A DNA stretch of 64,000 bases, from contig OZ281495.1 of NCBI GenBank assembly GCA_965637545.1, positions 23,622,001-23,686,000 of the forward strand, given 5' to 3'. Both the position numbers and the translations under genes were made by a program. Below are positions 52,201-63,119 of this stretch, one piece after another. The notes below the pieces were generated by a model. It saw nothing but the letters and a program-made list of their open reading frames with translations, did no database searches and was not told the DNA's origin. Source of the DNA: Phallusia mammillata. Lineage: Eukaryota. Position 1 is the first letter of the stretch. Every line of letters starts with the position of its first letter.

Positions 52201-54355
52201 TCACCCTGAAAAGCTGAATTTCACCAAACTTGTTGAACCCGGTGAGTGTTTGCAATAAATTGTTTATGCAACATGTACATTGTAGATGCTACATACATAA
52301 CCGTAGTCTGACTATTACTAATGCTCATCACCTTTTATACCAATTTCAGTTTCTAGTGAAATTATCAATTACCTTTCATTTAGACGACATGTTTTTTTAC
52401 TGCAGCATGTCATTAACTTTATTAGTCCAATTTTCTTGGCCAAATGTTGTTTTAATGAAAATTGATCTGTTTGTCTCATTGTAAACGCTGACATTTTCGG
52501 TAATCGCTCTGAAAATTGGTTTGTCTGTCCTGTCTCTGACTGCACAAATCCTCTGGCAACAATTATGTGCTCAAATTGTGTTTACACTTAAACCAGAGAT
52601 TCTATTTCTTTTGTTAAACATCAATCAAACACCACTGGTGTGTTAACGCTGGATTGTTGATTGCCTGATGCACATAGCTGACCATCCAGTATATGAGAGA
52701 TAGGCACTGTAGCTTTACTAATTTCCAAACACATTTTCCATACCAGATCTAAAATAGCTACATACATGCTTTATTCGCTTTTGTCTAACAGCAGCCAACT
52801 CTAAGCAAGCAGCAAAGGTAAGACCTGTTTTGTGGTGACATCGTTTCATGCAATGGTGGCATGAAGTGTCCATTAAACATGGGAAGAAATACAATAAAAC
52901 TAAGTTGAAACTTTTATAGCTGAATATGTAAAACTGTAAAGGATGCTGTAGTCTAGTTAAGGAAAAAAGGTCATTCAGGGCAGTGTTTCTCAACCTGGGG
53001 TCGCGACCCCCCAGGGGGTTTCCAAGCACTTTTGAGGGAGCAACCCAGCGTAGGATGATTTTATCCTAACCAGAAAAACTTTCCCTGTGTTTTCTGTTTA
53101 CCATAGTAACTCACAAGACAGTTTAATTTAGAATTGACACAACATTATTTGCGATTAAACATTTCTATGAATTTGTTTTTTGGCTTTTTTACATAAAAAT
53201 CAGGACATATTAAAAATGTTCATGCCAATGTGAGTCATGACCACATTTTAAGGGTTTGCTGCAGAGCAAAAAAAAATTATAGTAAATGCATGATAATGAC
53301 ATTCTGGTAGTAACACTTCTTACATACGTTTTTAAAGGGGTCATGTTATGTTAGAAATCCTGCAAAAGGGATGGCAAAGTAAGAAAGGTTGAGAACCACT
53401 GATTTAGGGCATCTAGCAAGCCAATAACCATTTGTTTCCAAACAGCTTAACTAATATATAGCACCCAAAAAGTGTGTTCTGTTCCACACACACACACAGA
53501 TGGCAATAAGTGTCACATGTGCATGACCTTATGTAACATATCTTTGAATCTGCCACTAACAGATCAATGAACTACATTGGCTGCGGTTATGCGATTGCAT
53601 TTAATGAAAATAAATTTGTGTTGCCATAATGATATGTGCATGGAGCTGAAATAGATTTTCATATTGAGTCATTTATTGCAAGCAGTGTTTCATACCGGAA
53701 CGGAACGAAACCAAATGACGTTATTCGTTCTGAGCAAATTATTTATTTCGTTCTGGAACGATATTTTCATTTCGTTCCGGTCTGACCGAAATAAATTTAT
53801 AACGGTATTTTTCGGTATATCAGTCTTAACAAAAGAAATTTTTTTTGTGGTCTTTACAACTATTAAGCGAAAAAAGGAAGAAAGTTGCAACACACAACAA
53901 TTATTGTCGGTAGTTGTTACGTCACATAACATTTGTCAATGATGGTCAAACGGATGTAAATTGTAGGAGCTTCAATTTTTATTTTAGTTCAACGGCGCGA
54001 ATTTTCAGCAATTTTTTCGTATCAAATGTCCAGAACGAAATACCGGAATAAAATATAACGGTATTTCGTTCCGTTCCGGTATTTCGAATATTTTTTATTT
54101 CGGCCAAAAATTATTTATTTCGTTCCGGTATGAAACACTGATTGCAAGGTTGCAACTAATGTTTGGTCCCAATGTCTGATGGATCTTTGTTGTGAAATAC
54201 TACAACGTAAATATGTTACAGGGGAGCAATCAGCATCATCCCCAACACAATCACACCCAAAAGCAGTTTCTTCAAACAAACGAGGATTTCTAAAGAAACT
54301 TGGAAGTCATCAAAAAATAATCACATCTAAAGAGGAACGAGATGAATTGTTATGA
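49255..54355 (+). CDS. FRMD8: FERM domain-containing protein 8 (iTAP) homolog, 10 exons
   Basis: Exons 49255-49423, 49483-49584, 49644-49763, 49864-49963, 50476-50652, 51004-51139, 51520-51675, 51833-51932, 52116-52241 and 54222-54355. Motifs: FSLWLKSPLLDVQLKPQHIP, DEPAILFRRNAF, EAKHNIQQGIYPC, CWQLPYYG, LFLEFD, LLQIMSKEAPMMNSMIETC. Confidence 0.88.
50699..50915. mobile_element. Truncated Charlie-like MITE end interrupted by a nested hAT MITE (50727-50894)
   Basis: Outer end CAGTGGTCTTCAACCTGTGGGTC..; inner TIRs CAGTGGTGGGATTCA / TGAATACCACCACTG; inner TSD GTCACGAC / GTCGTGAC. Confidence 0.75.
52981..53401. mobile_element. Charlie-like hAT MITE in the last FRMD8 intron
   Basis: TIRs CAGTGTTTCTCAACCT / AGGTTGAGAACCACTG; TSD ATTCAGGG / ATTTAGGG (7/8). 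Confidence 0.85.
53683..54140. mobile_element. Young hAT MITE in the last FRMD8 intron
   Basis: Perfect 20-bp TIRs CAGTGTTTCATACCGGAACG; perfect TSD ATTGCAAG at 53675-53682 and 54141-54148. Confidence 0.92.
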
Positions 54356-54620
54356 TAAGTAGGACATTGGGATAACCTTTTTTAATTTAAGATGCACACT
54401 TTGTGAATCATTCCTTTTCATTATGTTGTATAAACTCAACTAAGATCCACTAAATATTCTGGTCATTTTTTGGTTTGTTTTTTTACCAGATGGGAGGCCA
54501 TAGAGTAATGCATTTTTTTTCAATTTCAGCTAAATGCATTTAACTAAACTTTAGACCAATGTTGTGCTTTTGGTATCAAAATTCCAACAGCTAGGTGCAT
54601 CCAAACTTTTCGTGCTAATT

Positions 54621-54680
54621 ACATAAAAACCCTGATCGGGATGCGTCCCCGGGAGTATCCTGGGTTCAAACCCCGTGGAA
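54621..54680 (+). repeat. Partial second copy of the tRNA-derived SINE-like repeat
   Basis: AAAACCCTGATCGGGATGCGTCCCCGGGAGTATCCTGGGTTCAAACCCCGTG is near-identical to the reverse complement of 21533-21590. Confidence 0.6.
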
Positions 54681-55155
54681 AATTTTTTAAATTTTTGTTT
54701 GGTCATTGTATTTTTTATTTTTCATTGCTGTATTGTTGAAAAGCTCGGTTTATGATGTTAGCTCCCAAAAATTACCTTGAATAAGTTCATTTTTGTAGAT
54801 ATGTTTTACCAAAACCCAAACTTGGTGCTTCAAGACTAAAATTTTAAATATGAATTCTACCCACATTATTTTAGTTGTCTTGCACTTTTTATGCACTTAT
54901 TTCCATTGTCATGTGTATTTATCCACATCAAGTGCTCTGTTAGTCCCAATTTTTCCTTTAACATCAAAATCATTTTCTGTACTACATATTGCGTTCTAGT
55001 ACTACTGTAAAACGTAATACAAGTATTAAACTTGAGTAAAAATTGCTTGTTCTTGCTTTACACGTTTTTAAACACAGTGACATATACACAGCATTGCACT
55101 TAAATTCTCAAAACACACACATAAAAATGGCAGTAGTAGTAGTATGACAAAAATG

Positions 55156-57579
55156 CTAAATAACTCTGCTAACACTATGATTTTCTTTTCTGTTAAGTTT
55201 ACGAAAAGTAAAATTTAAAAGCAGCATGACCCTTTTCTGAAAAAAGACTATCACACAAATTGCTGCAATGAACAAAAGAAAGTAAAAAAACATTATTGGT
55301 GGTGCGTTTGAAAAGGATCGACTGTTCCTGTTAAGATAAGGATCAAGCATATGCTTCTTGTAGATAGGGTCAAAGTAGAGTCTCAAATAAGTAGCAAGGA
55401 ACGCTGCAGCAACTGCAGTTTTGTGTGTACTGCATCCATCTGTAAATATTAATGGTAAAACTGATGAACACCACACTTCATTAGACCTTAACAGGCCTTA
55501 TAATTTCATTACACTAGAGTTAAAACTAACCTTCTAAAGTTGTATCCATTTGCAGTTTACGAGGTTTCCACTTCCGTCTAATTTAAACGATAGCGTTAAA
55601 AAAACACAAATGCAAACAACCAGCAACTGTCCCTACTTGCTAACATTAATCCAATACTCAAGCTCCTCAATGAATTGTCCATCTCCATCTTCACCATTTT
55701 CATAACATCCAGTTTGTGAGTTTTGCCATTGGAGAGCAACCTGCAACCATTCTGGCCGGACTGCGTCTAAAAATCCTATGCCTCCACACACAAATCCTGT
55801 GCAGAAAGTTTGTGTAAGGGAAAAAGCATTTAAATTAGGACAACAATGGTCATACTACAAGTAAGCAACATTGACACTGGAAATGTCACTCAAGAAGCAA
55901 GCGACAGGAAATATAACAATCAAAAATACTACACTAGGAAAATTCAAGATTTGTGTAAAGAACCTTGCTCAAGAAAGATATCTTGTTCCTCTTCTATAAC
56001 GCCATCCATAGCCAGTGCCTCCATTTCCACCACAACACTTGCACATTTTAGTTTGATCACATCGTCAATTCCTTTGTAACCACTGTTAATTGCAGCTTGG
56101 TGGAGTTTTTCATGACAGCCATACTTAACAAAAACAAGCTTTGGTAAGCTTAATACATAAATTTTAAACGTTATTCCTATTTTTCGAGTTGTGTTTGGCA
56201 AATCCCAATAATCCATACAGTTCAGTAAGGTTTACCTTTGTCCCAAGCAGAATCCATAAAATCTGATGAGTAGTAAAATACAAGCTATGGCCTGGTGCAG
56301 ACATCACATTCCAACAATTTCCTAAGCTACATTTTTCATACTGTTTTTTGCCAGCTATAGAATTCATACAAGTGTCACTGTCTGCCTCTGAAAGACCACC
56401 TAAATTGGAGAAAATGGTTTGTTAATAACCCTATAAGTGACAAAGGTATAGTTAATTTAGGTCAGTGGACAGTGATTCTCAACAATTTTGCCTTAGTGGA
56501 CCCTTTTCGACTCTGTAATCTAATTGCGGCCCCTTTGAGTTTTGGGTATTTTTGTCCGTTTTTCATTAACAAGCAATCAAAACATGGTGCATAAAATAGT
56601 AACCATGTTTGGTCCAGGACCAAAAGTTCAATCCCTTTGTTTGGGTTGCAAACATCAGGAATCAACAAGACAGACAAATTGCTTTTGACATGGTTTTCTG
56701 CCGACAAGTTACGTCTGATGCATCGCAATATGGTTTATATGTCGTAATGCATTTGTTTTGTCGCCTATGAAGAATAATTTTAAACAAGTTTCATGCTATT
56801 TTAAAATGCTGAAGCGTATTTTTTTAAATTGTGAGTTATCAATCTTGTTGTGGGCGAAATAAGAAGTTGCAGTGGACCCCTCGGAAATGCTTTGCGGACC
56901 CCTGGTTGAGAGCGACTGATTTAGATCAGATTTTTCACTGATTAGATTACATACCATCAAAATCAACAGGAAAAACTTTAAGACTGTTGCGCACAGTAAA
57001 TTGTGGTGTAAGTTGATATGCAGACCATTCGTCTTCCACCAAAAAGCTTGTTTCATCAAAATATCTGGAACAGCAAATGCCAACTTAGTATGTGTTTGAG
57101 TGAATTTCGGCACAAAACTATTTAACACATTCTTACTGTCTGTTATTGGCCTTAATGTGTTGCAAAGACTGCGCCACTGCATCTTTAGAAAGCCTGTAAA
57201 GGTTTTTTAACCTTCGGTGAAATGATTTATCAGTTGAAAATTCGGTATGGACCACCTTGTCGAACATAGACAAGGCCCTGTTTAATTCACCTGTTAATAC
57301 ATCATTCAATTACGGTGAAAAAAAACAAGCTTTATTGCCAATGCAAAGTTTACCTTCTATCACACGAAGGCCAAAAGCCAAATCGACTGTTGCATTGTGC
57401 ATGTGCTTGGCAAAGTAAAGGACTATTTTTTCCAGAGCTCTTATTGTGTATTTGGGTGTCAACAAGCTTTCTCCCAATCTTGACTGAGCCAATGGTGATT
57501 GTTGGTAATTACGATGGTCTGTGAATGGTGCATGGACACACAAAACAGAAAACACTAAAATTAATGGAATTTCTTTCAT
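55156..57579 (-). CDS. UPF0764 / C16orf89-like protein, multi-exon
   Basis: Signal-peptide-like N-terminus; VDLAFGLRVIEG; GLSEADSDTCM; FTTHQILW; QDIFLEQGFVCG; PEWLQVALQWQNSQTGCY; DGCSTHKTAVA. These parallel remembered C16orf89 motifs (GVRVLE, SDSC, SHQLL, DLFME, WQ..GCF, DGCSSHNTA). Confidence 0.8.
56463..56918. mobile_element. hAT MITE in a C16orf89-like intron
   Basis: Left CAGTGGACAGTGATTCTCAAC, right GGTTGAGAGCGACTG; TSD ATTTAGGT / ATTTAGAT. It lies inside intron 56954-56400. Confidence 0.7.
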
Positions 57580-57762
57580 GATAAAGTGCTAAAAATACAA
57601 ATGCACACACATTTTAAACAAAAAATAATAATATTTCTGATACGAAACATAAATACATTCATAATGAAGTTCAAATTTTAAATATTTCGACATGAACAAT
57701 ACAATATTTTTTTTAAAATTGTGATATTTCTCGCTCACAGTTTCAAATTTGTGGGTTATAGT

Positions 57763-58171
57763 TAGTGATGGGACGATACCAGGTTTTGAAGCGAGTACCG
57801 ATACCGAGTACCACATGTATACACCTTCGATACCGAGTACTTAAGTGTAGTGCTGTACTTAGTTGTATATCACTGGCTAATTTATCTGCCATGGTCAGGG
57901 TACAGGCTTGCACACACACATGCCTAAAAATGTAATCACCACGTGATAGCGAAAAAAATATAAGTAACCTGGCGGAACTTTTTCCCGATTTTGTGCTGTC
58001 CGAAGCAAATATTGGCATAAAGTTGGCTGTATTCTTATGGTGTAAATCGGCCTTCGGTACTCGCACGTTGGTATTGAAAACTGAGGTAAAATATTTCGAT
58101 ACCGAGTATCAATACCACTGAAACCGTTCGATACCATCGATACCGAGTACCGGGTACTCGTCCCATCACTA
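57763..58171. mobile_element. hAT MITE inserted at the 3' end of the EFCAB11 CDS
   Basis: Perfect 14-bp TIRs TAGTGATGGGACGA / TCGTCCCATCACTA; perfect TSD GTTATAGT at 57755-57762 and 58172-58179; internal GATACCGAGTAC repeats. Confidence 0.93.
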
Positions 58172-58633
58172 GTTATAGTTGTGGGTTAAAAAGTTGTTGT
58201 CCATTGCCAATTGGAAATCCCGAAAACTTAGTTTCCCATTATTGTTTGCACAAATAGATTTGTAACATGAATTAACAGTTGCATCTGAAATATTTGGGGC
58301 TACAAGCCTAAAAGCTTGTTTTACATCCTCCAAAGTTAAATAGCCTTGACATCTGATATCAAACATCTGAAACTTTTCTCTTATGTCTTGTTCATCGTCC
58401 AATGCTTGGAGTTTTCTTGCCATTATTTGTTGAAAGGACTTCACTGTCATACCAGGGGTTTGCAAGGAGGAATGTTCAGTTTTCAGAAGTTGGGAAACTT
58501 CATGTTTAGAGGGTTTGTAACCAAACAAATACAGTACAGCCACTTTTAAATCTTCTCTTGACAGAAAGCCCTTTTGAGTTTCATCACACATGCGAAAAAC
58601 CTTTTCCAAAAATGCTGTTTCTCCTGGCTCCAT
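58169..58633 (-). CDS. EFCAB11: EF-hand calcium-binding domain protein 11, single exon
   Basis: VFRMCDETQKGFLSREDLKVAVLYLFGYKPSK; FQMFDIRCQGYLTLEDVKQAFRLVAP; GKLSFRDF. LFGYKPSK is a remembered EFCAB11 motif. Confidence 0.88.
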   Translation of the reverse strand: MEPGETAFLEKVFRMCDETQKGFLSREDLKVAVLYLFGYKPSKHEVSQLLKTEHSSLQTPGMTVKSFQQIMARKLQALDDEQDIREKFQMFDIRCQGYLTLEDVKQAFRLVAPNISDATVNSCYKSICANNNGKLSFRDFQLAMDNNFLTHNYN

Positions 58634-58991
58634 AGTGCATATACTGTCTTACCTGTCAAACAAAAACTCCTTTACACTGTCAATCGATTAATAAACAAAA
58701 CAAGTTATACATATATACCACTTTTAATAGCGAGTCCCAATGAAGCAGCATTAATAAACCCTAAAACTTTGACAGCACTACATATCTGCAAGTATAAAAG
58801 AACCATGAAAGGAAAGAACTCTGAAATATATATGTACTGTACTACAAAACATCACCAATTTTCAAAATTCATTGCAAATGAAACTCGATGGCATACAAAA
58901 GTTAACATAGCATAGCACATTTGAAAAGTCATTTTAGGTTCATCATGGCATTTGAAAAACTGTGTATTTTGGAGAACATAACAATATTTGC

Positions 58992-61900
58992 TTAAGTAGT
59001 TTTCTCAAAAGGCAAACGTGTTTGGCCTCTATCTGGGTCTGGCATTTTCCAGACATTTATAGATTTGGAATTTGGCAGTGCGCTAATGTCATGTGGGGTT
59101 AAAAAAATAAATTGTTTTTGATCCTGCATCAGTGCCATGTCAACCATCATGTCCATTGCCACTCTGCGGTTTGCCATGTCCATGAACACATCAAATTCAT
59201 CAAGACAGCGCAGAGGAGACTCTATGGCCTGCCATAATGCTAATACATAACATACAGTCGAAAAAGATCTTTCCCCACCAGATAATACACGCAAATCATT
59301 TGTAAGCAATGTGTTGTCATGTGGCTTAACAGAGATATACAGAAGCTGGTCATCATGGTTGAACTGCATTTTACCTTTAAAACCTCTCTGTGACAATAAA
59401 ACGTCAAAATCCAATGTGCACCGCATTGCAATAAGTGACCGTAAATGACAAAATGCAGCATTGCGGTCAGTCAAGTACTGGTCTATGCTAACTAGAAACT
59501 TTTTAGACCACCGAATGTTTCTCTTGATTTCTTTAAACTTCTCACCAACTTCATGGTATTCCCTAACAATAGCCTCATGATCACCATGGTTACTTTCTTC
59601 ATGGTTAATTCGACGAATAATTTGGTTAATTTCATTTTCAATGTTTTTTGGGGTACGCCTGGTGGCAATTCTTTCAGGGCAAATTTCCTTTGCCTTCTTG
59701 ATAGAGTCCTCAATATTTTTAGTGGCAGCCCTGATCACTGCAGTAATTGCTTCTACACTTGTCAAATGTTTCTTCTTTCGTTCCTTAAAATGAACTTTTT
59801 CGGCCTTGGCGGTTTCAAGATCATTAGAAGCTAAATTTATTTTTTCTGTCAAGTCCTCTGCATTTTCTCCAATATCTTTAATTGAGGCATAAACTTCATT
59901 CCATGCTTTCTTTTTCTCCTCAACATGTGTTGAAACAGTTTGACTTTGCTGAGTTTGCTGGGATATGACTGTGTCCAAAGACTCTAGTTGTTGAGAATAG
60001 TTGGCCACTTCCTCTTCAAGATCATTAACATCCAGTGGCTGTGGATCTTCAGTTGCTTTTATAGCTCTTATTTCAACAGAAGTTTTCTTCAGTTTGTCAT
60101 CTATGGACATTTTGTTTCGCTCATGGCGCTGCTGCTCATGTCCATTGGACTTCACTACATCATTAGCTGCAGCAATATCATGCTTTACTTTCTGCATTTT
60201 GCTGTTTAACTGATTTAACAGCTCCTTGTTCTTTTGTATTTCACTATCAACATTGACTTTTAAATATCTGGAAGCAGCTCCCTTTTGGTTAGAATAAAAT
60301 CTATCAACAAAAACTTCATCTCCATTCCCTGTAAAGGCCTTTGAACAATTGGTGGGTGGCCTATTATGTTGCATAGTTTTTAAAGCATCCTGAACATTCG
60401 GAATGACGAGAACAGATTCAATACCAGCCATGTCAATAAGACAGTTAGCAATCACTGGATCATCAATTTGCAGATTATCTAGTACAGAAGAAAATGTAGG
60501 GTGTAGTACCTTGCCTGCTGAAGTGTCATACACTTGGTTGGTAAATGACACGGTGTATATTGCAATGCGCGAGCGTTCCTGATCTGAAAATGTTGAATTC
60601 CTAAGGCTTTCAAGAAGTTTCTCATCATTGTGATTATTTACCACAAAGCTGTGCATATAGCCTTTTATTGAACATTCCACAGGAACAGCCAATGTGGCAT
60701 CCTTTACTGCCAGACAAGCTCCTATTGGTCCTCTTGGTTTCTTAGAAAATTTCTTTCTGTTCCATGCATCCTCAATCTTTTTGATAAAATCAGGCATTTT
60801 TGAACCAAACAGCTTTATTCTGTCATTTCTACCAGCAGATAAACTTGAAATTACTTGTTTGACTTTTCTTTGTTGCTGTTGTATATCAACTTCTTCAAGA
60901 CGAAGACGTCGTGAATCCTCCTTACCTTGTTGTACAGCCAAAGAAAACTGTTCAATTTGGTGGTTAAGATTTTTCAACTGTGCTGATAAAGATCTATTTT
61001 TCTCTTGAAGATGGGCTAGTGTTTCTTCACATTTTCTTTTTTCATCTTCCAAGTCAGTTTTGGCATTCCTCTTCAGTTCTTCTATCCGCTTCGTGAGTTC
61101 TTGCCTGTCCCGCAAAGTTTCGCGTTTTTGCCTTACAGTCCTACCCAAAGCATTTTCCAAAACTTTTGCATTTGCTTTGGCTTGATCATAGGCCTTTTTT
61201 GCCTCTAGTTTTTGTGGCTCTAGAGATTTAACACGGTGTTGGTATTCTTTTACTTTTTTCTGAAGCTCATCAAACTTCTTTTGTGCACTAACTTCTTTCT
61301 CAAGACACTTTTCTAGGGCCAAGTCATACTTTGGTGTTTTTAAATTTTCTCTATCAAGTTCCCGCTTGCGTGGTTTTGTATCATGCTCCAGTTGAACAAC
61401 ATGGGCCCATGCCAGTTCCGACTTTAAATCATTTACTTTGTGTTTCAGCTCCTGCAGTGTCGCAAGATCTTTAAACTTCTGCTCTTTTTCAAGAACCTCC
61501 TTTTCCAGCTCAGGCATTATTTGTTCTTTTCGTTTCAAAACATCCTGAATAATAATTCTTTGCTCTTTTATGAAGCGATAATCCCGACTCATTTGCTCCA
61601 GTTGTGTTGATTTTAGAAAAAACTTGTACTTGTCAGTTTCATTTTTTGAGTGTAGAAAATTTTTGCTCATTTCCTGGTTTAGACAGGTCAAAGGATTATC
61701 CACATGCAAATTCAATTCATCTAAAATGGTTAGTAGATCTTCCTTTTTCATTGAGATTACTTTCCCTGCTTCACTTTTAATTTTATAAATGGACTGTCCA
61801 TCCGATGTTATTCTTCTCTCAATAATAATTTTCTTTCCATATACATCAGGCCTTACAGGATCATCCCCTGAGTTTCGCAAGGTAATTTCAATGGTAGCAG

Positions 61901-62189
61901 AACTACTTCCAGTCTTAATTAAAGTTTTAAGTGATGTTCCACGACTGGTACTGCTTGTTTTGCCTCCAAGCCCAACAATCAGGGCTGTGAGGACTGCACT
62001 TTTTCCACTGCCATTGTGTCCAACTACAAAGTTGACAGTGCTTGTAAAGCGCAGTGTCAACCGACTGTGACACATAAAATTCTTCAAAAATATACTTTCA
62101 ATTATTCCTTGATATTTTGTTGATTGGAGAAAGCGCTTCTTTGGAGATGAAGAACTTTGTCCATCAGTAGACTTACGCTTTGTAGCCAT
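58992..62189 (-). CDS. SMC6: Structural maintenance of chromosomes protein 6, single exon
   Basis: IESIFLKNFMCH; Walker A GHNGSGKS; LNQEMSKNFL; hinge PRGPIG; signature LSGGERSFSTVC; Walker B CLDEFDVFMD; QFIFLTP. The ORF track starts at TTG 62201; the first ATG is 62189. Confidence 0.97.
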   Translation of the reverse strand: MATKRKSTDGQSSSSPKKRFLQSTKYQGIIESIFLKNFMCHSRLTLRFTSTVNFVVGHNGSGKSAVLTALIVGLGGKTSSTSRGTSLKTLIKTGSSSATIEITLRNSGDDPVRPDVYGKKIIIERRITSDGQSIYKIKSEAGKVISMKKEDLLTILDELNLHVDNPLTCLNQEMSKNFLHSKNETDKYKFFLKSTQLEQMSRDYRFIKEQRIIIQDVLKRKEQIMPELEKEVLEKEQKFKDLATLQELKHKVNDLKSELAWAHVVQLEHDTKPRKRELDRENLKTPKYDLALEKCLEKEVSAQKKFDELQKKVKEYQHRVKSLEPQKLEAKKAYDQAKANAKVLENALGRTVRQKRETLRDRQELTKRIEELKRNAKTDLEDEKRKCEETLAHLQEKNRSLSAQLKNLNHQIEQFSLAVQQGKEDSRRLRLEEVDIQQQQRKVKQVISSLSAGRNDRIKLFGSKMPDFIKKIEDAWNRKKFSKKPRGPIGACLAVKDATLAVPVECSIKGYMHSFVVNNHNDEKLLESLRNSTFSDQERSRIAIYTVSFTNQVYDTSAGKVLHPTFSSVLDNLQIDDPVIANCLIDMAGIESVLVIPNVQDALKTMQHNRPPTNCSKAFTGNGDEVFVDRFYSNQKGAASRYLKVNVDSEIQKNKELLNQLNSKMQKVKHDIAAANDVVKSNGHEQQRHERNKMSIDDKLKKTSVEIRAIKATEDPQPLDVNDLEEEVANYSQQLESLDTVISQQTQQSQTVSTHVEEKKKAWNEVYASIKDIGENAEDLTEKINLASNDLETAKAEKVHFKERKKKHLTSVEAITAVIRAATKNIEDSIKKAKEICPERIATRRTPKNIENEINQIIRRINHEESNHGDHEAIVREYHEVGEKFKEIKRNIRWSKKFLVSIDQYLTDRNAAFCHLRSLIAMRCTLDFDVLLSQRGFKGKMQFNHDDQLLYISVKPHDNTLLTNDLRVLSGGERSFSTVCYVLALWQAIESPLRCLDEFDVFMDMANRRVAMDMMVDMALMQDQKQFIFLTPHDISALPNSKSINVWKMPDPDRGQTRLPFEKTT

Positions 62190-63119
62190 AACCAGTAGCA
62201 AGAATTTAGAACCAAATTAACAAAATGTTTTAATGCAATATTATTGTTTATAATGCTACAACATAAAATACACAAATATATATTTAGACCAGAGATACAC
62301 TTCCTCTATTGCATTAATAACTAAACTTTTTTTTAGAAAAAATAACAATGTTTAAAAGGATTTTGCTTTTTGCAATTCTCTCATATAATAGTGCAAATAT
62401 TATAATGGTAATATAAGAACTTGCATGGGACTGTCAACAACAAACAAATCCAACTTGTCTAAACGGAAGAAAATTTGTTAACAATGTGTTATATGTGGTG
62501 CTTGGACTGTGAGTTAATCGGTTCAACTCACAGTCTCACACGTCGGTTATTCAACCACACGTCGAGCCTGCGAAACACCAAGTAGCTGATTTTTTTGCAC
62601 AATTTGCTAACAGACAAAAATCAGTTTAAAGAAATTAACCGGCAATTTAATCGAATTGATAAAACTGCTTTAGTACCAAATATAATCTAAGATTACCATA
62701 AAGTTTCACGATAATAAAGGAAATAGTAAACGATAAAACGAACATTCGCGGCTCACTTGTTTAATTTTTAGCGGGAGTCAAGCACAAATTTAAAAATCGC
62801 TGTTGGGAAATACTTGCTATTTACATGTTAACAGATACACTGGATAACAGAAATCCAGAATACCGGTATGTATTGTTTCAGTATTATAGATGACAAAACA
62901 AAAATAGTTGCATATTGTGACGTAACAAATAACAATGAAGAAAATATGACGCAATAATTGCAGCAGGTCGACAGCCATAATTGTTACTAGAAAAAGGCAT
63001 TACACTCAAAATGGCATGTCTGTTTCTAGTTTAATTTGCTGATCCAACATTTAAATCCCAAGTAAAACACTTGACTTAATTCATGTACCTTCAAGGTTAC
63101 TGGCCAGTATCAATTGTGT

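Noticed and set aside
23146-54355. FRMD6-like and FRMD8 as a tandem duplication
   Set aside because: They belong to different FERM subfamilies, have unrelated exon structures and show no visible nucleotide similarity.
56462-56728. 88-aa minus ORF as a C16orf89-like exon
   Set aside because: It lies within the 56463-56918 MITE, and the gene model joins in phase without it (56955 to 56399).
57780-58160. Short repeats with spacers (GATACCGAGTAC; also CGGAAC at 53683-54140, CCCGAA at 8150-8230, GTCCTTATTT at 7760-8110) as a CRISPR-like array
   Set aside because: The repeats are irregular, occur in both orientations and are bounded by TIRs and 8-bp TSDs, so they are hAT subterminal repeats. The context is eukaryotic with no cas genes.
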